Shown here: positions 19,146-28,128 of the stretch, in pieces
How positions within the stretch are numbered: the first letter of the stretch is position 1
Layout of the letters: each line of letters begins with the position of its first letter
Source: Marispirochaeta sp.
GTDB taxonomy: Bacteria > Spirochaetota > Spirochaetia > JC444 > Marispirochaetaceae
DNA: 64,000 nt
NCBI GenBank assembly: GCA_963676835.2
Contig: CAXXFF010000001.1
Coordinates: 544,001 to 608,000, forward strand
Direction: 5' to 3'
Notes under the pieces: model-generated
Told to the model about the DNA's origin: nothing
The model's database searches: none
Seen by the model: only the letters and a program-made list of their open reading frames with translations
Position numbers and translations under genes: made by a program

Positions 19146-19433
19146 TTGTACAGGATTACTCCCTCAACTCAATTTAAAAAAGATCTGAAGAAATTGAAAA
19201 AATCGGGCCGAAAACCAAGTGACTTTGATCGAATAAAATGGGTTATAAATCAATTGGCTATCCCTGCGATACTGCCTGAACAATATAAAGATCATGCATT
19301 ATCCGGCAATTTCAATCAGTATCGGGACTGCCATATTTTCCCGGATCTCTTACTCATCTACTACCAGGATGAGGACAATCACCAGTTATTCCTTTACAGA
19401 ATCGGGTCTCATTCAGAATTATTCAGAAAATAG
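19146..19433 (+). CDS. yafQ: YafQ family mRNA interferase toxin
   Basis: QFKKDLK, YKDHALSGN, RDCHIFPDLLLIY, RIGSHSELF. Confidence 0.92.
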   Translation: MYRITPSTQFKKDLKKLKKSGRKPSDFDRIKWVINQLAIPAILPEQYKDHALSGNFNQYRDCHIFPDLLLIYYQDEDNHQLFLYRIGSHSELFRK

Positions 19434-19442
19434 GCAATTGAT

Positions 19443-19539
19443 TGCCTTCGACTACGCTCAGGCACCGCGTCATACAGGTGAATGCTGGCGGGACTGTCTT
19501 CGACTCCGCTCAGGCACCGCTGGTACATCGCGGGGTGAG
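19443..19539. repeat. composite REP-like hairpin element, copy 3
   Basis: Same two-unit structure with a few substitutions. Confidence 0.85.
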
Positions 19540-19544
19540 GGCCC

Positions 19545-19580
19545 CTACTCCTCATACACCAAAACCATCCCCTCACCCTT
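19545..19580 (-). pseudogene. 3' remnant of a third SH3b gene
   Basis: Encodes KGEGMVLVYEE-stop versus EGEGMVTVYEE-stop, at the same offset from the repeat. Confidence 0.75.
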
Positions 19581-19887
19581 CCTTAATCGCGTCATTCCTC
19601 TCTTGCATTACCGGGAAGGGGATTACATGAATCTCTTTATTCTCAGATTCCCAGAGATCCAGTTTCGCCTGCATCCCCAACCAGCTTTCGGGGCTGGTAT
19701 TTGTTGCCTTTGATATTCGAACTGCCATATCAGGACTTAATGCTATCTTCTCACCAAGGAGTTCAGATAAGTTCTTTCTCGACACTCCCAAATCTTTTGC
19801 GGCTTCTGTTATGGTCAAACCAAGAGGCTTTAATACCTCTTCCTTAAGTAAATATCCGGGATGGGTTGGTTTTCTTCTGCTATTCAT
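19573..19887 (-). CDS. higA: HigA family antitoxin
   Basis: PTHPGYLL, HTH, LSPDMAVRI, SPESWLGMQAKLDLW. Confidence 0.92.
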   Translation of the reverse strand: MNSRRKPTHPGYLLKEEVLKPLGLTITEAAKDLGVSRKNLSELLGEKIALSPDMAVRISKATNTSPESWLGMQAKLDLWESENKEIHVIPFPVMQERNDAIKEG

Positions 19888-19899
19888 GGGTCCCCTCAC

Positions 19900-20178
19900 C
19901 TAATGATAATCCCTGTAATCAACGACATATGCATCACCTTTTTCAAAATAGAAAGTGACTCTCCAGTTTCCATTAACCACAACCGACCAGATATCCTTTT
20001 CTTTTCCTGAAAGCTGGTGAAGTCTGAATCCCGGAAGATTCATGTCTTCTACTCTGATTGATGCATCCAATCTATCTAAAATTCTTCCAATCTTTGAAGC
20101 TTGTTCAGGAATGATGCCTTTCTTTGTACCGGTTACAAAATACTGCTCCAAGCCTTTATGTTTGAAAGATTTTATCAT
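19900..20178 (-). CDS. higB: HigB family toxin
   Basis: MIKSFKHKGL, PGFRLHQL, WSVVVNGNWRVTF, DYRDYH; toxin-first order. Confidence 0.93.
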   Translation of the reverse strand: MIKSFKHKGLEQYFVTGTKKGIIPEQASKIGRILDRLDASIRVEDMNLPGFRLHQLSGKEKDIWSVVVNGNWRVTFYFEKGDAYVVDYRDYH

Positions 20179-20184
20179 TCAAAT

Positions 20185-20214
20185 ACTGTAACCCGGCAGG
20201 TTACACACTGTCAA
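20185..20214 (-). promoter_or_regulatory. higBA promoter with palindromic operator
   Basis: TTGACA-18-TACAGT, 6 nt before ATG; TGTAACC-5-GGTTACA palindrome at 20187-20205. Confidence 0.7.
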
Positions 20215-20308
20215 TGAAAAAGAAATACCCCTTAATCTATCATCCAAAGCAGTAAGCCCCTCATTAAGCAGCAAAGTACCATGTACAGCACTTCCCCCCG
20301 CACAAGTT

Positions 20309-20334
20309 ATTTACTGACTTTCCCCGAACTTTTC
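20309..20334 (+). repeat. right 26-bp direct repeat (attR / target duplication)
   Basis: Identical to 10757-10782. Confidence 0.9.
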
Positions 20335-20342
20335 TGTATAGT
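20314..20342 (+). promoter_or_regulatory. secA sigma70 promoter
   Basis: CTGACT-17-TATAGT, followed by an AGGAGG RBS. Confidence 0.55.
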
Positions 20343-20370
20343 AGACGGAACAACAGGAGGATCCTGATAC

Positions 20371-23097
20371 ATGTTTCAAAAAATACTGACAAAATTATTC
20401 GGTTCCCAGCACGAACGGGACCTCAAGCAGCTCCTTCCCCTGCTGCATACTATCAACGGGAAAGAACAGTGGGCCATGGGACTCTCCAACGAGGACTTTC
20501 CCCGGCAGACCGAAGAGTTTAAGCAGCGTATCAAGGACGGCGAAAGTCTGGATGATATTCTGCCTGAGGCCTTCGCCCTGGCACGGGAAGCCGCCCGCAG
20601 GGTTCTGGGCGAGCGTCACTACGATGTGCAGCTTTTAGGCGGAATTGTCCTTCATCAGGGCAAGATTATGGAGATGAAAACGGGAGAAGGAAAAACCCTC
20701 TCGTCCGTTACCGCCGCCTACCTCAACTCCCTCACCGGTCGGGGGGTGCATGTTATTACCGTCAACGACTACCTGGCCGAACGTGATGCCAACTGGATGC
20801 GCCCGGTTTACGACCTTCTGGGAATCTCCGTCGGATCAATCCTTGCCAATATGGATCCCCAGGCCCGGAAAGAGGCCTACAAACAGGATATTACCTATGG
20901 AACCAATAACGAGTTCGGTTTCGACTACCTTCGGGATAACATGTCCCTGGAAATGGAGTCCCGGGTTCAGCGGGAGCATCATTACTGTATAATTGATGAA
21001 ATTGACTCCATTCTTATCGATGAAGCCCGGACTCCCCTGATTATTTCCGGCCAGGCAGAAGACGATACAAAGAAATTTACCGATGTAAACCGCCTGGTTT
21101 CCCGCCTCAGGGAGTGCGACAAGGACCCTGAAACCGGGGAATATCCGGAAGAGCCGGAAGGCGACTACAAGGTGGAGGAAAAGTCAAAACGCATCTCCTT
21201 TACCGATGAGGGAATGAACAGCGCAGAGAAGCTGCTTCTGCAGAATAATCTTATCTCCGGTTCTGTCTTTAATGAGGAAAACTTCGAGTACATCCACTAC
21301 CTTACCCAGGCCCTGAAGGCCCATAAACTCTTCAAGATTGATACTGACTATGTAATCCAGGACGGCCAGGTTCAGATTGTCGACGAGTTCACCGGCCGTA
21401 TCCTTCACGGCCGCCGCTATTCCGACGGACTTCACCAGGCAATTGAAGCTAAAGAGAACATAAAGGTAGCCCGGAGGAATAAAACCCTGGCAACCATTAC
21501 CTTCCAGAACTTCTTCCGTATGTACGACAAAATCTCCGGTATGACCGGTACCGCAGACACGGAAGCAAAGGAGTTCGGCAAGATTTATGAACTTGAAGTT
21601 GTGGTTATTCCCACCAACAGACCGGTGGCGCGTAACGATCAGGACGATATTATCTTCTTTAACGAAACCTTCAAGTTCAACGCCATCTGTGATGAAATTG
21701 AGCGGGTAAACAAGAAAGGTCAGCCCATTCTTGTGGGAACCGTCTCCATCGACAAGTCGGAACGGCTTTCTGCTCAGCTCGCCAAGCGCGGCATCCGCCA
21801 CGAGGTTCTGAACGCCAAGAACCACCACCGGGAAGCCATGATTATCTCCGAGGCCGGAGCAAAGGGCTCGGTAACTATTGCCACCAATATGGCCGGCCGC
21901 GGTACGGATATTAAACTCGGGGGCAACCCCGAATTCCGGGCCCGCAAAGAGGCGGGAACAGAGGCTTCGCCCGAGAAGTATGCGGAAGTGTACAAACGGG
22001 TCTACGCAAAAACCCGCAAAGACTATGAAGAGGTTAAATCCCTCGGGGGGCTCTATATTCTCGGAACTGAACGGCATGAATCCCGGCGGATCGATAATCA
22101 GCTGCGGGGCCGTGCGGGACGTCAGGGAGACCCCGGAGTAAGCCGCTTCTTTATCTCCCTGGATGACGACCTGATGCGGCTGTTTGCCAACGACAACATG
22201 AAGAACATTATGGGTAAACTGGGAATGGCCTCGGGAGAACCAATCTTCCACCCCTGGCTGAATAAAACCATCGAGCGCGCCCAGACCCGGGTGGAAGACC
22301 GCAACTTCGAAATCCGCAAGCACCTGCTTGAATACGACGATGTACTCAATGAACAGCGTACCTTTATCTACAATCAGCGGAATGAAATTCTCAAAGACAC
22401 AGAGCTGCATAAACGGGTGCTCTCCACCCTGGACGAGATGCTTGAAGATATCCTGGATGACTACAAGGATGACCACACTGAAAGCGGGCTGACGGAACTG
22501 CTGGAAAACCTGAGCGCCACATTCTTCTACAGTCCCTCGGCATCCAGGGAAGAGATTGCAGCCATGGATAACATCGCCCTGCTGGAATACATTCAGGACG
22601 ATTTCAAACGTGATATTGCGGAAAAACAGGAAAAGATCGGCAACGGCAACCTGAACAACATTATCCGCTGGGAATATCTGCGCCTTATCGACGTCAAATG
22701 GCAGGATCACCTGGAAAATCTCGAATCCCTGCGGGAGGCGGTTTACCTCAGAGCCTACGGACAGAAAAACCCGCTTCTGGAGTACAAGCTTGAGGGATTC
22801 AGAATATTCGACACATTGATAGTGGATATCAGAGAAGGAATTGCCCGGAAGATCATTTCTGTAAGAATAGAAAAGGCGGATGGGCCCCGCCGGCCCCAAA
22901 CGGCTTCTGTAACCAACGAAAGCCATCGTCAGCTGGGTCAGTTTTCCGGCGGAGGAGCTGCTCCCGCGCCTCAGCAGCCCAGGGGAGCATCACCAACCGG
23001 AACGGTTACGGTGGAACGGTCTCTACCCAAGGTCGGCAGGAATGATCTCTGCCCCTGCGGCAGCGGTAAAAAATACAAGCACTGCCACGGGACTTGA
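20371..23097 (+). CDS. secA: preprotein translocase ATPase SecA
   Basis: [48 protein letters not shown]-terminal [17 protein letters not shown]. Confidence 0.99.
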   Translation: MFQKILTKLFGSQHERDLKQLLPLLHTINGKEQWAMGLSNEDFPRQTEEFKQRIKDGESLDDILPEAFALAREAARRVLGERHYDVQLLGGIVLHQGKIMEMKTGEGKTLSSVTAAYLNSLTGRGVHVITVNDYLAERDANWMRPVYDLLGISVGSILANMDPQARKEAYKQDITYGTNNEFGFDYLRDNMSLEMESRVQREHHYCIIDEIDSILIDEARTPLIISGQAEDDTKKFTDVNRLVSRLRECDKDPETGEYPEEPEGDYKVEEKSKRISFTDEGMNSAEKLLLQNNLISGSVFNEENFEYIHYLTQALKAHKLFKIDTDYVIQDGQVQIVDEFTGRILHGRRYSDGLHQAIEAKENIKVARRNKTLATITFQNFFRMYDKISGMTGTADTEAKEFGKIYELEVVVIPTNRPVARNDQDDIIFFNETFKFNAICDEIERVNKKGQPILVGTVSIDKSERLSAQLAKRGIRHEVLNAKNHHREAMIISEAGAKGSVTIATNMAGRGTDIKLGGNPEFRARKEAGTEASPEKYAEVYKRVYAKTRKDYEEVKSLGGLYILGTERHESRRIDNQLRGRAGRQGDPGVSRFFISLDDDLMRLFANDNMKNIMGKLGMASGEPIFHPWLNKTIERAQTRVEDRNFEIRKHLLEYDDVLNEQRTFIYNQRNEILKDTELHKRVLSTLDEMLEDILDDYKDDHTESGLTELLENLSATFFYSPSASREEIAAMDNIALLEYIQDDFKRDIAEKQEKIGNGNLNNIIRWEYLRLIDVKWQDHLENLESLREAVYLRAYGQKNPLLEYKLEGFRIFDTLIVDIREGIARKIISVRIEKADGPRRPQTASVTNESHRQLGQFSGGGAAPAPQQPRGASPTGTVTVERSLPKVGRNDLCPCGSGKKYKHCHGT

Positions 23098-23226
23098 TCA
23101 GACTTCTGTTGTTTGTTCAATGACTGACGAACTTGCAGCTTTTTCAGCTGCAAGTTCATCGGTATAGGCCCGGATAAAGGTGAAAAGGGCCACCAGAGTG
23201 ATAAGGACAATCACCAGCTTTCGCAT
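23098..23226 (-). CDS. small 42-aa single-TM protein (not in ORF track)
   Basis: AGGAG RBS; MRKLVIVLITLVALFTFIRAYTDELAAEKAASSSVIEQTTEV fills the gap between the LysM gene and secA. Confidence 0.6.
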   Translation of the reverse strand: MRKLVIVLITLVALFTFIRAYTDELAAEKAASSSVIEQTTEV

Positions 23227-23253
23227 TCTGCTCTCCTGAGTTTATACTCCACG

Positions 23254-24336
23254 CTAATGTAAAATTGCCAGAGGATCAACGGGTCGGTTATTCTGATAGA
23301 TGGAAAAGTGCAGATGAGATCCGGTACTTCTACCGGTGGATCCCATCAGGCCTATCCGCTGCCCCTGTTTTACCCGCTGGCCTTCCCGTACATTTATGCT
23401 GCTCAAATGGCCGTAGAGGGTCTGATAGCCCCGGCTGTGGCGGATAACAATATATTTACCGTAACCTGCCGGGCGGTTTTCAACATCCACAACAACGCCG
23501 TCCATAGCCGCAATAATTGGTGTTCCGATACTGTTGGCAAGATCAATCCCGTAATGAAAACGGCGTACACCGGTAAAGGGATCAGAGCGGTAACCGTAAC
23601 CAGAAGTAAGGCGGCCGCGGGTTGGATATATAATAAGCGTTCCGGTAGCCTTTTTATACTCATAATCACTTATGGCCGCACCGGGGAGAAAGAGTACATC
23701 CCCGGGCTGAATCAGGGCGCTTTCCAGATTATTCGCATCAAGAATCGCGTTGACCGTAACATCATTGGCAAGAGCAATGCTGCTCAGGTTATCACCGCGG
23801 CGAACCTCATAGCGAATACCGTCATAGGTGGGTATCTTCAGAACTGTCCCGGTGTTAATACGGCGTACATCCTGCACACCGTTAAAATTTATCAGGGTGC
23901 CCACCTCAACATTGTAAGCTGCGGCGATCTCGGAAAGGGTGTCCCCCGGCTGCACGGTATGAACCTTCTCGCCGATGCCGCCGAGGAATGAGGCAACCGG
24001 AGGCATGTCACCTTCAACAGAAACATGATCCGCCGCAGCCGATCCTTCAAGGAAGGAGAGCAGATTTGCCTGAATCTGCTGGTCTGCCGGGAGCAGAAGC
24101 GGCTCATCGTACATGCCCTTGTAACGGGGAAACAGGGAATAGACCCCTGCGGCGATTGAAAGACTCAGACCAATGACAATGGCCAGGCCTGCCAGTTTTT
24201 CCGGTGCTTTAACCAGGGAGCGTAAAAAGTTCATTCCCGCTGAAGCCGCCTTCTCAGCTGAAACTTCAGGCAGAATGAAGTGGTGAGATCCCTGTTTTCT
24301 TTTTCTAATGTCCTGTTGCTGTATAAGTTCAATCAT
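23254..24336 (-). CDS. LysM x2 + M23 peptidase (NlpD/MepM-like), membrane anchored
   Basis: TM helix, two LysM repeats, HYGID, YGHL, STGSHLHF. Confidence 0.92.
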   Translation of the reverse strand: MIELIQQQDIRKRKQGSHHFILPEVSAEKAASAGMNFLRSLVKAPEKLAGLAIVIGLSLSIAAGVYSLFPRYKGMYDEPLLLPADQQIQANLLSFLEGSAAADHVSVEGDMPPVASFLGGIGEKVHTVQPGDTLSEIAAAYNVEVGTLINFNGVQDVRRINTGTVLKIPTYDGIRYEVRRGDNLSSIALANDVTVNAILDANNLESALIQPGDVLFLPGAAISDYEYKKATGTLIIYPTRGRLTSGYGYRSDPFTGVRRFHYGIDLANSIGTPIIAAMDGVVVDVENRPAGYGKYIVIRHSRGYQTLYGHLSSINVREGQRVKQGQRIGLMGSTGRSTGSHLHFSIYQNNRPVDPLAILH

Positions 24337-24350
24337 AAGCTATACTATTC

Positions 24351-24378
24351 ATATCGACATTAACCCGCCGACGTATTA
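24351..24378 (-). promoter_or_regulatory. sigma28-like promoter of the LysM-M23 gene
   Basis: TAAT-16-GTCGATAT. Confidence 0.4.
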
Positions 24379-24419
24379 CTATAATGATCGGTATAAAAAC
24401 CTGATACCAGATAAATATT

Positions 24420-26270
24420 ATGATAGCAAAGCGCCAGCTCACACGATTTATCATCTTCGTCATCTTTGCCACCATCGCCGTGATGCTCATACTCTGGCGC
24501 TACACGGTTATAATGGTAAGTCCGTCCGATGCGGAAAGCCGAATGGTAGCCGCCGGCGCCGTGGAACGGGGCCCTATTCTGGACAGAAACGGCCGGGTAC
24601 TGGCCATACAGACCCAGCTGGATACGGTGACGGCATGGATGCCCAGTATTGATGATCCTGCCGGAACCTTTAACAGCCTCATATCCGTCCTCGATGTTGA
24701 TCATAACGAGTTGAAATCAAAGTTTGACACTAAAAAAGGCTTTTTTTATGTTAAACGAAAGATTTCCCGTACGGAAAGCAGAGCCATGCAGAGCCTCCTT
24801 GAGAAGGAAGGACTTCCGGGTATAAGCCTTATCCCTGAATACGGCAGAGCTTACCCCGAAAAAGAGCTGGCATCCCATCTTATCGGCTATGCCGGAACCG
24901 ATAATGTCGGACTGCTCGGTATAGAGTACAGTTACGATGATATCCTCTACCCGGAACCCGGAGCAGGGGGAATCCGGTATGGAAACCAGCTTTTCCTCAC
25001 CATAGATATCAACCTGCAGTACATACTTGAGTCCCTGGCCAGGAAATCCTTTGAAGAAAACCTGCCGGAATCGATTACCCTCATTGCGGCGGAAGCCAAA
25101 ACCGGCGATATTCTCGCCTACGTTTCAGTCCCCGATTTCGACCCCAACAACTTCACTGAGTCAACCAGCGTGGAGCGCTTCAACGTTCCCGTGGCGGCAG
25201 CCTATGAACCGGGATCGGTATTCAAGATCTTTTCCATAGCAAGCTTTCTTGAACTCGGGGGAATTACCCCGGAGTCAACCTTTTACTGCGATGGAAGCTA
25301 TGATGTACTGGACCCGCCGATCAACTGTCTCGGAGTGCATGGCTTTGAGTATACCGCAGACATTATAAAAAACTCCTGTAATGTCGGGGCGGCAACGGCC
25401 TCGGAAACGGTAAACAGCGCAGACTTCTACAGCATGATTACCGCCTTCGGTTTCGGAGCAAAGACCGGTGCCCCCTTTCCGGGAGAAACCTACGGAATAC
25501 TCCGCAGTCCCGATAACTGGACAGAACGAACAAAACCCACAATTGCCATGGGTCAGGAGATCTCCGTTTCTGCAATACAGGTTATAGGTGCAGCAACAGC
25601 CTTTGCAAACGGGGGAACTGTGCTGAAACCTCAACTGGTCCGGAAAATAGTCAGTCCCGAGGGAAAGACTATTCAGGAGTTCTCAAGAACCCCCGTCAGA
25701 CAGGTGCTCTCTCCCCAGGTTGCCCGTCAGGTACTGCTGATGATGGAAACAGCCACGGAGCCCACGGGAACAGCCCACAGGGCCGCTGTTGAGGGCTTGC
25801 GCATGTCTGCCAAGACTGGAACAGCCCAGATAAGCGACCCCGCCACAGGCGGCTACTCGGAAGATGATTATGTGGCAAGCTGCATAGCCCTCTTTCCCAC
25901 CCCGGAACCCGAAATAATTGTCTACGCGGTTATTCACAAACCCCAGGGCCCTGAACACTTCGGCGGAAGAATTGCCGCTCCTCTTGTGAAAGAAGCCACC
26001 GAGGAGATTGTCCGGCAGATGGGTATTTCCCTGGAAGGAGACAAGGTAGTTTCCCATCCCGGTCAGGTCACCATCTCAACCCCGTCTCCCCTGAAAGTAG
26101 ATTCCACCATTCCCAATCTCATCGGGCGGTCAAAGCGGGACCTGATGGTTCTCTATCAGATTCCCGATGCGGAGGTGGAGATTCACGGTGAAGGATGGGT
26201 TACTGCCCAGGATCCTCCCGCAGGAACTCCGGTAACTCCGGGTATGCATATCCGGGTGGATCTGGAATAG
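24420..26270 (+). CDS. class B penicillin-binding protein (FtsI/PBP3-like) with PASTA domain
   Basis: RGPILDRNG, EPGSVFK (SxxK), SCN (SxN), KTGTAQ, C-terminal PASTA. Confidence 0.92.
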   Translation: MIAKRQLTRFIIFVIFATIAVMLILWRYTVIMVSPSDAESRMVAAGAVERGPILDRNGRVLAIQTQLDTVTAWMPSIDDPAGTFNSLISVLDVDHNELKSKFDTKKGFFYVKRKISRTESRAMQSLLEKEGLPGISLIPEYGRAYPEKELASHLIGYAGTDNVGLLGIEYSYDDILYPEPGAGGIRYGNQLFLTIDINLQYILESLARKSFEENLPESITLIAAEAKTGDILAYVSVPDFDPNNFTESTSVERFNVPVAAAYEPGSVFKIFSIASFLELGGITPESTFYCDGSYDVLDPPINCLGVHGFEYTADIIKNSCNVGAATASETVNSADFYSMITAFGFGAKTGAPFPGETYGILRSPDNWTERTKPTIAMGQEISVSAIQVIGAATAFANGGTVLKPQLVRKIVSPEGKTIQEFSRTPVRQVLSPQVARQVLLMMETATEPTGTAHRAAVEGLRMSAKTGTAQISDPATGGYSEDDYVASCIALFPTPEPEIIVYAVIHKPQGPEHFGGRIAAPLVKEATEEIVRQMGISLEGDKVVSHPGQVTISTPSPLKVDSTIPNLIGRSKRDLMVLYQIPDAEVEIHGEGWVTAQDPPAGTPVTPGMHIRVDLE

Positions 26271-28076
26271 ATGTATACAAGCAATACGGCAGCGCTGAAA
26301 AAGCTCTGGCCGGCCTTTACCGAAGAGATTGAAGAAGCATACACACCGGACCCCAATGCGGAGGTTGTGACAACTGCTTCCGGACATGCAGGACTTAAAT
26401 ACAGCGGACGCTTCCTGACCTCCTCCAGAGATCCCGAAAAAGACGCACAGCGTCTTATCGATGCAGCCTTTCCCGAGTTTGTGGATATAGCTGTTTTTCT
26501 CCATTTTTCCTGCGGATATGAAATCGAAGCTCTCAAGAAACGATGGCCGGAAACAGCAATAATCGTTCTGGAACCCCTAATTCCCCTGTTTCTTTCCGCC
26601 CTCCATGCAAGGGACCTTTCCAGAATCTTTACACCACCAGGGATAACCCTCATTATGGACAGCTCACCGGAAGTTCTCGGTCAGCTTTTGAATGAACGGC
26701 ATCATGAATCGGTACAGTTCTTTCCTCTGCGGAACATTGCCCGAATACATCCTGAATATCTGGAAAATGTCAGGGAATGGTTCCGCCGCTTTGATTCCCG
26801 CCGGGAAATCAATACCAATACCCTCAAAAGGTTCGGCCGGGTTTGGGTCCGCAATCTTTTCTCCAACCTGCCGGTCATGGCAAAGGCGGGAGCAATAGGC
26901 AACCTTCAGGATGTACTCAAGGGTATCCCTGCCCTTGTTCTTGCCGCAGGCCCCAGTCTGGACTGTCTTATACCTGTAATAAAACAGCTTCAGGAGAGAA
27001 TGGCCATCATCGCCGTAGATACCGCCGCAGGCTGGTGCAGATTACATCAGGTTGAGCCGGATTTTCTCGTAGTCGTGGATCCCCAGTACTGGAATACCCG
27101 GCATCTGAACTATTTCACGTATGACTGCATCCTGGTATCAGAGTCATCAACCTACCCTTCTGTTTTCCGGAATCTTCACTGTACAACCTATTTCAGCTCC
27201 TCCCTCTTTCCTCTTGGCAGGTTTCTTGAATCATACTGCGGCATAGAAGGCAACCTTGGTGCCGGAGGATCGGTCTCCACCACAGCCTGGGACCTTGCCC
27301 GCTTTCTGGGAGCCTCTTCAATTCATGTTGCCGGACTAGATCTCGGCTACCCGCAGCTCAGGACCCATTATGGTGGAAGCCTTTTCGAAGAACTATCACA
27401 TGTCTGGTCAGTACGAAAAAGTCCTGCGGAAACAATGCATTTCAAGGCAGTCAGGGATGGCAGCCCCGTGAAGGCGGACGCAAACGGCGGCGGAGAGGTA
27501 ATAAGCGACCGCCGCCTGAGTCTCTACCGCTGGTGGTTCGAAAACCGCATGAAAGAAGCCCAGTCACCGCCTTCTTATAACCTCTCCGACGGCGGAGTCA
27601 AAATCGAAGGTATGGATCCCCGGAACCCTGAAGAGCTGACAAACCTGCCCAATCTACGAAATCGTATAAATGGTGCATTGAAACCGTACTGGAAAAATCC
27701 GGAAAGCCAGAATGCAACAATGGCTGGAAGTGAACACTCTCTGGTCCAACCCCCACTCGTAAAAGGGCTTGAACTTCTGAAGAAGTCACTGACTGATCTT
27801 TCCTGTGTATGTAAAAACGCCCTGGAAATTCTGGATAAGTACAAAACGGCACCGGAAGTCTGTTTCAAAAAACTTAAGGTCATTGATGAGCAGATTATTA
27901 GAAGTCCGGTGAAAGACATTGCCGGTTTTCTCATTGACAGTCCGGAAAACAGTTCCGAGCAGGATACAGATAATGCTCAAGCTGTTTCAAGAAAACTCTA
28001 TTCGGGTATTCTGCAATCCATCGAATTCCACCTTCAGCACATTGACCGGGCCACAGCAGCTCTTCAAAAAAACTGA
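26271..28076 (+). CDS. maf: motility associated factor (Maf) flagellin glycosyltransferase family, DUF115
   Basis: AAGPSL, AVDTA, PDFLVVVDP, GGSVST, AGLDLGY. Confidence 0.85.
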   Translation: MYTSNTAALKKLWPAFTEEIEEAYTPDPNAEVVTTASGHAGLKYSGRFLTSSRDPEKDAQRLIDAAFPEFVDIAVFLHFSCGYEIEALKKRWPETAIIVLEPLIPLFLSALHARDLSRIFTPPGITLIMDSSPEVLGQLLNERHHESVQFFPLRNIARIHPEYLENVREWFRRFDSRREINTNTLKRFGRVWVRNLFSNLPVMAKAGAIGNLQDVLKGIPALVLAAGPSLDCLIPVIKQLQERMAIIAVDTAAGWCRLHQVEPDFLVVVDPQYWNTRHLNYFTYDCILVSESSTYPSVFRNLHCTTYFSSSLFPLGRFLESYCGIEGNLGAGGSVSTTAWDLARFLGASSIHVAGLDLGYPQLRTHYGGSLFEELSHVWSVRKSPAETMHFKAVRDGSPVKADANGGGEVISDRRLSLYRWWFENRMKEAQSPPSYNLSDGGVKIEGMDPRNPEELTNLPNLRNRINGALKPYWKNPESQNATMAGSEHSLVQPPLVKGLELLKKSLTDLSCVCKNALEILDKYKTAPEVCFKKLKVIDEQIIRSPVKDIAGFLIDSPENSSEQDTDNAQAVSRKLYSGILQSIEFHLQHIDRATAALQKN

Positions 28077-28094
28077 ACAACTCACCATCAAGTC

Positions 28095-28122
28095 TAAAGT
28101 TTGCCGGCCAATCGTCCGAAAT
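28095..28122 (+). promoter_or_regulatory. sigma28-type promoter
   Basis: TAAA-16-TCCGAAAT. Confidence 0.55.
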
Positions 28123-28128
28123 GAAAAA

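Larger units (their letters stand above)
10757..20334. mobile_element. genomic island (~9.6 kb) inserted at the secA promoter; no integrase inside
   Basis: Flanking 26-bp direct repeats, AT-richer segments, TA and Rpn cargo, internal tandem duplications. Confidence 0.8.

Noticed and set aside
11542..19539. Repeats as a CRISPR array or integron attC sites
   Set aside because: Copies are ~4 kb apart with no spacer pattern or cas genes; no conserved RYYYAAC...GTTRRRY ends and no intI in the window.
10757..20334. Prophage or lysis cassette
   Set aside because: No structural, terminase, holin, replication or integrase genes.
21184..22926. 580-aa minus-strand ORF
   Set aside because: Antisense shadow of secA.
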